The translations under genes and the position numbers were made by a program. Of a DNA stretch of 64,000 nucleotides, positions 25,524 to 37,547 are shown piece after piece. This stretch comes from Utricularia gibba. Its lineage: Eukaryota; Plantae; Magnoliophyta. The stretch's first letter is position 1. Each line of letters begins with the position of its first letter. The stretch covers positions 3,534,001 to 3,598,000 of the forward strand of contig CM007991.1 of the NCBI GenBank assembly GCA_002189035.1, in the 5' to 3' direction. The notes under the pieces are model-generated. The model searched no databases, was not told the origin of the DNA, and saw only the letters and a program-made list of their open reading frames with translations.

Positions 25524-27204
25524 TCAGAAACCACCAAGCCGACGCAATTCCTCTGCACCATGAGCAAAGTGGCACCTCTCAGCAAAGGTGCAAGATCCTT
25601 TCGCGAAATTCTCGCACAGCTTTGTCTTGAAATTGCTGCTACCTACACCCGCTGATGGGTTCTTCAATCCTCCTAATCCCATGGACGGTGTACTACTGAC
25701 GCTCATGATCAGCTCCTGAACCATCTGGCTAGCTTCTTTGATCTGATCAAATGAGCCCTCCAGCTCGATGTTCCGGGAATTTGGGTCTGTACCGTGGTCT
25801 CTTACTGAAAGCCTGACACCGGTTAACCTGCATATTTGCTTTGAGTTCACCCCGCCCTTGCCAATCACAGCTCCGGCCAGTGAGGCATCAATGCTGATGG
25901 TGGCGGTGGCAGAGGCTCCAAAGCCTGCTGCGCCTTTATTTGGATCTCTGGCTGCAAATCTCCCAAGGAAACCACGAGCATCTTCGTGCACGGGGATGCT
26001 TGGCTTCCCAAGTTCCTCCTCACCATGTGCAAAATGGCACTTGTCCCCAAACTTGCAACCTTCTGGTGTGCCAAATCTGTTGCACAAGCGTGTCTTCACA
26101 GCTGGTGGGCAAGACAGATCTTGAAAGGGTGGTGCTCCTACAGAATTTCGATGAGGCACTTGAAGGGCAGGGTTACTGCCAAGCAGTTGAGTAACTGCTT
26201 TGAGACCACCAGGCACATAATGCAAGAAGTGGCATCCCTCCCCAAAAGGGCAGCCAGAAATACTGCAGGCACATAACACATGCACGATATGTTACAAGTT
26301 TACGGAAAAAGAGCCTAAAATGTTCGAAATTTAGTGCCTCAGAAAGACAAACCTAAAAGACATGATAGCTCAATAACAGTAGACCCAAATATAATCAACT
26401 TAGGAATGACTAAAATCCAAATTGATCTTCTCAGAAATCCATTCAAATCAATCATGGGTAATTCACTCTTCGAACCTCAGTGCCTTGCTAAAATCAATGT
26501 CAAACACCCGGTAAAAAAGCAAAAGCCGTCATTATCACATTGGAAGGGTCTACTGTGTAACAAACTCTGATTCCAACCTATTAGTAGTACAGATGTTTGA
26601 TACAAGTCATACCATAATCTTCATCCCACTTTTCTGCCATTAGCAAACATCAACTTGCTACTGATTTTTAGATGAGTTAAGATTAGAACCTGAAAAACTT
26701 TGTGCATGGCTTCGATTTGCTTCCTATACCACTTGTAAAGGACTCCATTTCTGTTGCAGAAAATTAATAATCTTCCTCAGTTTCTATTATTTTGAGCCGT
26801 TAACCTGAGCTAAATAAATTTGTCATCTTATCATGATTATTCGTTTTCAACCGTTTTTTCATCTCAGAAATCTTGCTTACAGGATATCGTCGCTCATTAT
26901 AAATCACAAGTGACAAAGATACATAAATTTACATAGAACTATGAACTCCGAACAAAAAAAGATTAAAAACCAAAAGAAAACACCAACAAAACATAATCAG
27001 CTTCATAAAGGAGTAAAGCGGCAACAGTTTTTGCATCCAGCAAAGAACCATTTTTGTCCCAAAAAACGACCTAATCCTTCGAATAAAAGGCGTATATAAA
27101 ACAAAAATGCAGTGAAAATAACCTGGCTTCGGTCTCTTGACACCACCATCTCCATTGAGCTCACTATCGTCCCTAGTTCGCTTTTTCTCCACGCCGAACT
27201 CCAT
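25524..27204 (-). CDS. KH-domain / triple CCCH zinc-finger RNA-binding protein (KHZ1/KHZ2-like), 3 exons
   Basis: KPCTKFFSISGCPFGEGCHFLH, KTRLCNRFGTPEGCKFGDKCHFAH, KH motif AGAVIGKGG, and KTKLCENFAKGSCTFAERCHFAH. Confidence 0.9.
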
Positions 27205-28707
27205 AGAAACAAAAAAAAGGAAAAAAAAAAACCTTCCTGCTCCAATCCAACAACACAACTCCTAAACCCAGAAAGCCACCAAGGAAGAACCGGTAACGCC
27301 GCAGAGTAGAAGAAACGGCCGGGAAGATATACAAAACAGAAGCCCTAGAACCTCCGCGTTACCCAAAGACGAATTTACTATTTGCCGCTTGGGCTTCCCT
27401 GGGCCTCTATTGGACTTCAATAAAGGATGTTGGGCCCACCGCCAGTCAATTCCAAATCCAGATTCCATCGAGTCCCAAAATCATCATCTTGGGCTTGGCT
27501 AATATTGGGCGGATGACAATGTGTTTTAATTTGCTAATTACTGAATAGTAATGTTAATAATTTATATAAAAATTAGTAATTTAAAAAATTATGATAACAT
27601 TTCATAATAATTTATTTAATAAATATTATTTATTACGTATTTAATAAAAAAATTATACTTATATTGATATACAATACTACTGAAATATTATAATAAATAT
27701 TTGAATTGAAATTTTTTGAGATAGAAAGAGAAAATTGTATTTTATTATCATCCTATCAACTAAATTAATCTGATAAATAGGTTTGTATTTCAAAATAAAA
27801 ATTTGTCTGAATATCTAATCCAACAACATTTTAACATCATACTAAGTGAACCCTTAATCCCGTTTAACATCTTTTAATTATATGAAAAATTCCAAGTTTT
27901 TATGAATAAAAAGATGAGGTAGGGCTGGACCAATGAATTGGAGCCACGTGCCAAGAGGATCAAAAACACCATTTCCACAACTTTTTATTGTGAGGAATGA
28001 GTTCCAAAGGAATTTCCATGCCCTCTATTTGACATTCAAGTTTAGGGGAAGAAACTATGGGTGCAAGGAGCCCTTCACTTTATGTTATACAACACATTTT
28101 AATCATATCTTGATAAGATTTATTATTCAATACTTTATATTAAGTTTTACTAATAAGTTTATTATTTAATTGTTAAATCATGATGAAAATTCATCTCCCA
28201 CATAAATTTAATTAATATCATTATTCAAAAAACACAATTATACTTCAAACACGATTAAAGAGTGATTGCTTTTTGGGAATATTTTTTAATTATAATGTTT
28301 TGTGTCAAATATATAATAATTAATATTTTTTAATAATATTCTTTATTATATTTATTTATTTATTTATTAAAACCAATGTAAAAATTTAAATTTTCTACAT
28401 TTCAATTATACCACCTTATAAACCAAGCACAGAGGTTTTCAAAGCGTTGACCTTATCATTTGACCCTTTTTAATTTAAAGTGTCCACGTGGTTAACCAAT
28501 AAATTAATTTTATTTTAAATAGAATATCCCGTATTTTTTTAACAAAAAAAAAAAACTGATTTAACTTCAATGAGTTTTTCACTAGGAACAAGAGGGGTAG
28601 GGTGCAGGTGTGTTCTTCAGTACATTTGATTGCACACACAAGCACTGCCATCCCTCACAGTGATGAGTCTTGGGGGTGGGGAAGGTGAACCCTCCCTCCA
28701 GGCGTCC

Positions 28708-29796
28708 TCAACTCCGGTAGCTTATCCTGGCCGAGCAGGAACACTTGTCGCGATCTTCACACAGGGACTGCGTGGAGAAAAGATGAGAAACCGATACAGA
28801 GAAGCCACTTTTGAGAAGGGGGAAGGAGGGAAGACGTACCTTAACTTGGGTTTGAAGATCCTTGATGTAGTCTACAGCCAGTTCCAGCATATCGCAGGTG
28901 TTGGTTTGCTGATACAGGATACAGTTTTGGAGGGTTGGATTCATGTGCAGAAATGGTTTAGCAGAAGAGTGAATGATTTGAGTGCGTGTGTGTGTACCTT
29001 GTCCATGTTGGGGACGAGCTCTTGCAGTTTCCTCATCCTCTCGCTGATCTTCGTTCGCCTGACTCTCTCTGCGATGCTTCGTGGGTGGGTCGCGCAGCCC
29101 CTTCTTGCTCGTATCTTGCACGGGACTGAATCTTGCAGCAGCTTTTCGAATGATTCTTTGGGAAAACTCAGGTGACGGGGTAAAGTCCCGGATTCACTTC
29201 CCTGCTACAAGATTCAATCTTTTTAGCGGATCCCGGAAAGTAAAAACACTAAGAATGGATGGATAACCGCGGACCTGATTGTCATCGTCTAAGAATCCAT
29301 TGAGAAAATCGTCTGATAACAGCAACGAATTCGAATTCGAATCTTCCCAAGAAAAGCGGTTGCCCCCTGTTCCTGTAGGGAAGGTTCCGATCCCTCTCAA
29401 ATGCCCCAGCTCTGTGGAGAGGCAAGAACTCAGTCTGCTTCATGATCAACAGAGAAAAAGGATGGATTTGGGGTTACCGTTTTCCAGGTTAATATCCGCC
29501 AACAGTCCCGCCGGCGAACTGCTATAGCGGATGAGACCAGAGGAGCCGCTCCCACTGCTCTCAACCTCGCTGCCCCAGAACGAATTCTCTCGAGGAATCA
29601 TCTGCGGAAGCGGCGGCTCCGTCTTTCGCGGAGGCGGCGGAGCGAACAACTCTGCTAAATCATCTGATTCATAGGGAGAATCCTTCCGGGGACTCCCTAA
29701 AAGGCTCACAAGATACGAACTTGGAGCAGAGCAGTAGCGCGTCAAACCAGAGGAACCCATCTGGGCACTTCGCTGATTCTCGTTGTTCATCATCAA
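28708..29796 (-). CDS. bHLH transcription factor, FBH/AKS (bHLH122/130) group
   Basis: N-terminal [11 protein letters not shown] motif and b[58 protein letters not shown]; C-terminal KCSC. Confidence 0.9.
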
Positions 29797-30496
29797 TGGA
29801 ACACAGGAAGAAGAAGAAGAGATGATGGATGAATCAGACTGAAACCACTTCAGTCACAAACAGAAACGTGAAGGAGCAAAAAAGTGGAGACAGCAATCAC
29901 CATAGCTTAGCTTAAAATGGATGGGTTCTGTGCATCTGCGATAACATCACAGGAATTAAAAAAAAAAGGAAAAAAAACAGAATTAAAGAAGAAGATATGA
30001 CTGTGTCAGAACGTTTTTATGAAGCGACAACACACACCCGCCAAAAAAAAAACATATTTTTTTTTACAAATATAACAGTTTTTCCAGAACACTTCTTTAA
30101 AAAGAATAATTGTGATATTATTTTAATATTTCACCAAATTGAATACAGGGCGACGTGGCGCGCTGTCCACCCCACATTTCTCGGATATGAATGAATATTC
30201 ATCCTGATTTTCTACCATGAAAAATAAAATAAAACAAATTAATTTTAGAAAAATATGTTGGATAAATAGATTCATTTCAATCTATTTATAGAAAGAGATT
30301 TGAGCCAGATACGATGGTCGGTGTGTCTTTGGGCAAGCCCAGGTTCATTCGACAGTGACTTTTACATTTTATTTATTTATTTTTATTCCAAACATAAAAT
30401 GTGTTAGAAAATACATATATTTGTGGAGGGGTTGGAAATGTATATAATAGTTATAAAAGTTTAATGAAGTGGGCCGGCCTCCTGAGTTAGGATAAG

Positions 30497-30892
30497 ATGT
30501 CCGGCCCATTCTCTGGGCCCACTATGCTGCGGAGGTGTGCACGCGTCGCGTCGATGGCGTCGGTATATAAAGGTGTCGTGACACGTCACCGGACTTTAAC
30601 GGAAAGCGTTCAGAGCTGTCGGGCCCCTAATTTGGATCTGTCGACGCCAGATCTCGGGCTCGATTCCGGCGTCCATGGGCGTCGTGAGATTTCTTGGGGC
30701 ATTGAATTTGATCAGAAAGCGTTGATCGGGGCGATCCCACAGTCGCCATTGGGCTCCGATAGAGTGAATCTAAGCAAAAATGGTCTCCCCGGTGGCATTC
30801 CGGACTTGTTCACGGCGGGGGAGAAATTCCGACGCAGCGTTCATCGGTTACTTGGACCACTTGTATGGAAATTGATAGGAAGACAGATCTAA
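30497..30892 (+). pseudogene. Degenerate plant-type leucine-rich-repeat fragment
   Basis: The ORF contains EFDQKALIGAIPQS and VNLSKNGLPGGIPDLF, matching the plant LRR consensus LxLSxNxLxGxIP. No signal peptide, transmembrane or kinase region is present. Confidence 0.4.
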
Positions 30893-30929
30893 ACGGCTTC
30901 ATTGGATTTGTATTCGTTCTTCAAAAGAT

Positions 30930-33900
30930 CTAAGAAGTAATGTTGAAATATACAGTGTAGGACTGATCAGTCAGGCTTAGGAGGGGGACGAGAACGAAGT
31001 TTCTCTGCATTCCTCTTGCCATAAAACTGATGGGGTGGTACTCCGCGAACCCTTTTCCGAAATCAAAACTCGCTGCCTTTTTGGATTCCTTGTCGCCCGC
31101 TTCCGCGATGCATTTCAATATGATTGTTGTTCCGTTGTTTTCGCTGTCGGTGGAAAAGTAGCAGCCTTTTTTATCAGCGGCCTCCAGCGAAACCCTTCCC
31201 TTCTGTCCGTCGATGCTATCTACCAATTCGAAAAGGGTGCCCTTTCCGGAACTTGTTTCTGGGTTTGCGATTTCTAGTTGATTGCCTTCCCCCAGATGAC
31301 TGACGGCGAGGCCCGGTAAATTGAATGGCTCTAATTGCACTTTTCGTCCGATTGGGCTATTGGGTTCCGTGAAATTCAATTGCTTTATGTCTTGCACGAT
31401 GAGCCTAAACGTGGCGGCAATGGCGGGATTGGTTTCGGGCTCAGGCAGGGTTTCCATTGTTAACTTGCCGCCGGAGTTTGTGAGGAAGAGATTGGAATTG
31501 GTGCGTGGTTGCGCTAGGGAGATCAATTGGGAGTTGAGTTCGCGAGGGATTGGAATGATCCAATCTGAAAATGAGGTGGCTGAGACTGCGTTTATGTCCC
31601 AATCGCCATCCGTCAGGCCAGCAAGAAGATAGGAGCCGTAGAGTAATGCATGGAGAGAAGCATACTCAGGGCGATCATCTGGGAAAAGGTAACCATCAAG
31701 AATTTCTTAAGCTATGGCTCAAATGAATGAAGCTACTCTTCCCGCATCAATGAATCCAAGAACTCACCTTTGATCGCCTCTGTTCTCAAGCTAATGGGAA
31801 ATTCCAACGACAGTTTGTCTTCCGGAACCCATTTCCTTGTCAGTTGAAGCGAGCTTCCTGCAACATGATGACGAGTCACGTTGTTTTTGGATTCTAGGAA
31901 TCGCGATCATATTTGAAACTCGAAATTTACCGGGTGATGGTAATGGCAGATCCTGGCCATTCAAGGTTGCTTTGGCGCCAGGGGACGCTGCCCAAATCGG
32001 TACACGAAAATTTACTGTTGCCTCCCTTGTCTCTGCTTTCTGTTGGTCATAAAAGATATATCTTGATCTTGGTAAACGTGAAGGGGAGATCTGAAAGAAC
32101 GAACCTCCATCCGGCTGAACGTGAAGGTGACAAGCAGACGAGGATTCCATGAAACCGAGGGATCAACATGCTGTGCAATTACCATGTTCCCTCCTCTCCA
32201 TTTGATGGTACTGCTGATGTACTGGATGATGTAGAGTGCAGGAACAGGCCCCTGTTCTTCAAAGTAGATCGAATCACCCAATTTCGAGAATGATTCCACC
32301 GCTGGTTCATATGCACATCAGAGTATCTAAATTTCTGCATGCTCAGTAGGTAACTTGCTCTCTGTAATTTTTTTTCAGACATACCAGTGCCATAGCAGCA
32401 CCAAAATGACTCAAATTTGGTTCCCCATTTGTGGTAGCTTACAGCCTTGGAGCTTCCAGGAGCAAGAGGAAGCTGGTAGAGTGTCACCCCTGGCTCTGTT
32501 CCCCGTTGAATGCTTAATATTCCATTCGTCAAAGCTCTCTCATAGTAATCAGCATAAGCCATCCCTTTTGTCCAGCGAAAAAGGTTCCTGGAAACCTGCA
32601 GTAGTTCATATGGAGTCAATCTCTATCATTCTTAAGTAGCTGAAAATGCTTTCAGAAAACCTTCAGCATGTTGTAAGTTGTGCAAGTTTCTTCATTCTCG
32701 GATCCTAAAGTATCAGCCAGATGCTTTGGCTCCGTCCTACATAGGATCTTCACTTTTTCAGAAGGTGATCAGGAGCATATACTTGTTGAGGTTTTCCCTA
32801 CCAGAATTCGCCCCTGGATGTTCCTCCTGTGGCGTATGAATGAGAGGAGTTAACTATTTCCATGAAGAATTCCCCAATTTCCTGGTGATGGTAGGCGCAG
32901 CAGCCAGCTCAGAACATGATATACTGTTGGATTGAAGTTGAAGAGATGAATGCAACCTTATACAGATGTTCCCCGGTGATTTCATACCGCCGTTGCGATC
33001 CGATAACAATCGGAATGTGGCTGTTGGCGTGGAAACCAGATAGCTCGTCGGTCTACACGGAAACACGAGAAATGCTTACACTAAGGATTGAGGAGTGTAC
33101 ATGAACAGGGAGATACCTTAAGAGCAAGCATTCCAAGAAAGCAGGGCTTGTCAAAGAGATGAGCCAATACCAAGTGCTTTTCATCTCCCTGTGAGGTCAC
33201 ATGCATACAACACTATATGATCAGTTTCAAGCTCAAGAGAAGGAGAGGTGAAAGAGTTGAGTTCTGCACCGTTATACTATACAGCCTGTAGAGGACATCG
33301 TTCATTCCTCCAAACTCTTCATTCAGGGTGTCCCAGTGCCTTTCAATGGAGTATCTGCTTATGACATTCTGCACGCGTGCGTAGAAGTAATCGACCATCC
33401 ATGTCACCATCTTTAGAGCTCCCTGGTTTCCGGCGAGGGTGTACTGGTCAATCAGGCCGGTCATGATCTGAAGAATGCTTCAGGTTACTGATCAGGAACT
33501 TGAGTTTGATATAGATGGAGTAGCATCTTGCCTTATGAACTGTATAGTATGGAGCCCAGACTGGCGTTAAAGCTTCCAGGCGATCGAAGAAATCGGAGGG
33601 GAAGGCGGAGAGATAACCTGTTCCAATCTTCTTCTGGCATTCAGATAAAGCTGAGACAACTGCATCCATCTTCTTCTTCAGGATGTTATTGTGAGTGCTA
33701 GCCCACATCATCGCTGTGGCGCTCATGTAATGGCCTTGAGAAGAAGGTACTTTTTAGAAAAACAGAGCAGAAACGAATTCCAAGTATGTGAAGGAAGCAA
33801 ACAAACAAACAAACAAACCAACGAAATGGCCGCGGAGTTCAATTTCCGGCCCCTCCCAGCCGCCATACGGCTCGGAGGGAGCTTCCAGGCCTGCGTTCTT

Positions 33901-34296
33901 CCTGAAACTCCACACCAGTCTGTCAACATCGAGCATCAAGAGGTACTCCAAGTTGGTATTCTGAGCACGACTGTGCATTGAATTGGGCTCCAATCTCACA
34001 TCATGGAGTGATATCTCTTTGAGCAGCCCACTTACAGGTGAGAACAGAAAAGAGTTCTTGATCTTCCTGTACACCATCGCCCAGCTCTGATCACTCTTAT
34101 CTTTCAGATTCTTCCTGGGAAGCAGATCCCTCCAAGTGGAATCTTCAGAAGGCGTTAGATGGTAATGTGACTGGGAATTAATCTCCCCTTTGAAAGTGTG
34201 ATCCGCCGTGAAAGTATTACTGCACTGTTTACACAACACAGATCTCCATATCAGGGATGAAGAGGCAAGCATCAAGAGCATTGCCCAAGATCCCAT
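30930..34296 (-). CDS. DUF1680 / GH127-146-type beta-L-arabinofuranosidase-like secreted glycoside hydrolase, 12 exons
   Basis: Signal-peptide-like MGSWAMLLMLASSSLIW. Motifs ELRGHFVGHY, GYLSAFP, WAPYYTVHK, EEFGGMNDVLY, HANSHIP, ENEETCTTYNMLK and FWCCYGT. Confidence 0.92.
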
Positions 34297-35561
34297 TTTT
34301 CTTGAGTGGGAACACACACCTCACGAGCCCCAGCTAAATCCTTTGTGAATCCAAACCACCAACTCTGGATTGAAACAAGACAAAAACCAGTAATGATAAA
34401 AAGCAAGAGAGAGACCAGCCGCGCGCGCGACAAGACAAACAAAGCTTTCTTAACTGGAACAACTCTTTTTTACTTACTTCCTTCGATTCTTACCGCAGTA
34501 ACAAAAGTGTTACTGGTTCGGCCGGAGTTGGTTCGGCCTTCTCTTTCAAGCGGGCCAGGATTCCCAGCATTCCGATGGGCACATGGAGAAGAGAATGCCA
34601 ACAGCGAATCCATGTTCCATGATGAACACGTCACTCAGCCTTTTTCATTTTTAAGTAATATCCCACTCATTTATTAAATTTTACCAAATATATTGAAACT
34701 GACTTTTATTATTATATATTTATTTTTAATAAATCATGTTTATATTGAAAAAGCACATGGTCTCAACTCTCAACTGTCACGGGTCCATTTCTATAGCAAT
34801 AATTGTGTAGGCTAATTAGGGTCACATGGGGGTAGCCTCACCAATAAAAGTTAGATGGCATAATTAATTAATTAATTTCAATTATCCAAATTTAATTGCG
34901 TGGTTTATTTTGAAAAATGATTATATTCAGTAATAATATTTTATTTATGTATGCGATATAAAAATTTATGAATGGTTATTTTTTAAACACCTATCGTGTT
35001 TCAATGATTGTGGTGCTTTGTTTGGTCGAATGAATTCCACAAACTAAAAGCTTAAGACAACTGAAATAAGACCAATTGAAGCCCGAAAGTTGAGAAAATT
35101 TCAGATTTCGGATTAAACCGAAAAGCCGAAATTTTGAAGGGATAGATCAAAAGTTATAGAAAATAATGAGAATTTTTATTTATATCATTTAGGTAGTGTT
35201 TGATTGATGGGAATTGCATAAAATGAGTTTAATTTGATTTGATTTAAATAAAAATAATATAGTGGAATTAAAAAAAACCCGTGTAATCTGGGATATATTT
35301 AAAACTATCAAGTAAATATACTATGATTTATAATTACATTTTTAGATATAGTTGACATTAAAATTTGTTTTGAATAAAAAGTATCTGAAATTTCGTGAAA
35401 TTTGAGCAAAATAAAAAAGATTAATTGGAGGAGGCAAAGCTTCTTGCATTTTGGCAACAGACGTGGAGTCTCAAGATCTGGGAGTTAAAAAAATGGATCA
35501 CGATGCTGGGAGATCCGGAAACCAGAGAGTTAAAGAGAACCAAGCACAAGCAGGGTAATGT

Positions 35562-37547
35562 TCAATGATTCCAAAAGGGGAAGATCTGAGGATTGGATCC
35601 ATTCACCGTGTCCGTGTCCGGCCACCCGGTGAAATGCGTCCCGTCGGCGGTGTCCATTTGCTGATCGTAGTCCACTTTCACGAGCGGCACCTCCGCCGCC
35701 GACACGGATCCTCCGGCATCCACCCAGTTTCCCAAGAAACCCGCATTGGTATCCATCAAGGCAGTAGCTGAGGAAGGAGAAGAAGAGGAAGAAGCCCCCA
35801 TGTTCATCAACCCATGCAGCAAGGCCGGGCTGCTGTGGAAGTACTGCGGTGGAAAATAGGCTGCATTCATGCTGTATGTTGACGGACATGGCTGCTGGTG
35901 CAGCTGCAGCTGTGTCTCCATATAGTTATGGTAGTTGCTGTACGGTTCTTGACTGTAGTATGGGTGAGGAATGAGCGGCGGAGCCTGCACGCCGTACTGC
36001 CCAAGTGACAGCATTTCTTCCCGTATCCTCGACGACTCGGCTTCTTTCAACCGCTTCGCCGCGCCACCACCGATCGGGAGGGTGCTGCTCTCGAGGATAG
36101 CTTTGACGTCGTAGCGGCTCATGTCGAAGTTCGTTACGGCGTTGAGCCCCCGGAACTTGATCGCTGCCACGTCGTACGCCTCCGCCGCTTCTTCCTCCGT
36201 GCCTGGTGCAGTTCAAGACATGCTGGTTTAGTGAAAATGTAATGAAGAAAATGGGATAAGGTGCTTTGTAGGTACTAAATGTTCCCAGGTAGAGATCCTT
36301 GTTTCCTGCAACACGCCCAATTCTTGCTTGCCACCTTCCATGCTGATGGTGTCTGATACACAGAGGCAACCCAAAGAGCAAATAAATACACAGAACACCA
36401 TGAAGTTAAACACTTTCAGGTGGCTTCACCTGGTTACTCCACGGTACATTGATGCTCCTCTAGAAAAGCCTGTACTTTTCCTGATAACAGAAGGAAACCA
36501 TTAGGACAAGTTAATGCAGTTTTATACTGTTCATCATCCTGGTTAAAGAAGGTGATCAACCTTCGAATAGATGCTACGAACTCCTGCCTAGTCATGTGTT
36601 TCATTTCTTCGATTTCCTTTTCATAGTTGCTTATCTGCACACGCAACCATTCATTAGAAGAAGATAAGAAAACTGGGGTCTGATTCCAGAAGAGAAGTAT
36701 CCCTACGTTGAAATTTGTTGTTGTAGAAGTTCCCCAGTACTTGAGTGCAGCCAAGTCATAAGCCCTGGCAGCCTTCTCCTCCTTATCATATCCACCTAAA
36801 TACACTGCACCGCGCCTACTGTTTCTCAGACAAACAAAACAAGAAAAGATATGTGATTCTGATTAGAGAAAGGAGTGACCTTGACGGCCTTTCCTAGACT
36901 GGCCTTCGCGTCTGCAACTGTTATCCCACAAATGGGCTTCGTACCTTCCTGTCCATCTGTGCCTGCTTTGACAAAAATGGCTTCCATTATTCAGTTTGTA
37001 ACTAGCTAAACAAACTATAATTGAGATATATAAGACAAGAAGCAGTATTCTTACTTGGTTACACCTCTGTATATCGAAGTTCTTTGGCCGAAGGTATCAA
37101 GGGTTCCCACTCTTCTGGGAGCCTCCACAACTGGACCGGTTTTCGTGCTATCGGTCTCAGTCGATGAGTCCTCGGTGCCCATCCCGAGTGTCAATTGCTG
37201 CATGTTGCTGGCTTTCGATGCAGCAAGCGTGTGATCCATGGAGCTGCTGGAAAACAAGTAGTCCCCAGCTCCCGTTTGGCCTTGAATTTGGGTATAGGGA
37301 AAGAACTCGGAGTCGTTTTCTGGTTTACTTAGCCCCAAGAAATCTGATGCCTTTGTAACTTGTTTCCCCTTCGCCACACTCATCTCAGCATATGCTGTGA
37401 GTTTCACAACAAAACTGTAGTAACAAACAGACGCACATATGTGGTACTAACAAAGTACTAACCTTGATCTTGAAATGGGGTTTCATTGATTAATCTTGAT
37501 GAAGAAGAAGAAGCACCAAATGCAGGGAACCAGTTGTTGGAATTCAT
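35562..37547 (-). CDS. PLT: Double AP2-domain AINTEGUMENTA-like factor, PLETHORA1/2-like
   Basis: MNSNNW start. [63 protein letters not shown] and [20 protein letters not shown]. Confidence 0.92.

Noticed and set aside
27520-28560. AT-rich spacers (also 34680-35400, 38700-40130, 61200-62100) as MITEs or Helitrons
   Set aside because: I could not pair terminal inverted repeats, target-site duplications or Helitron ends by eye. A RepeatMasker/MITE search would be needed.
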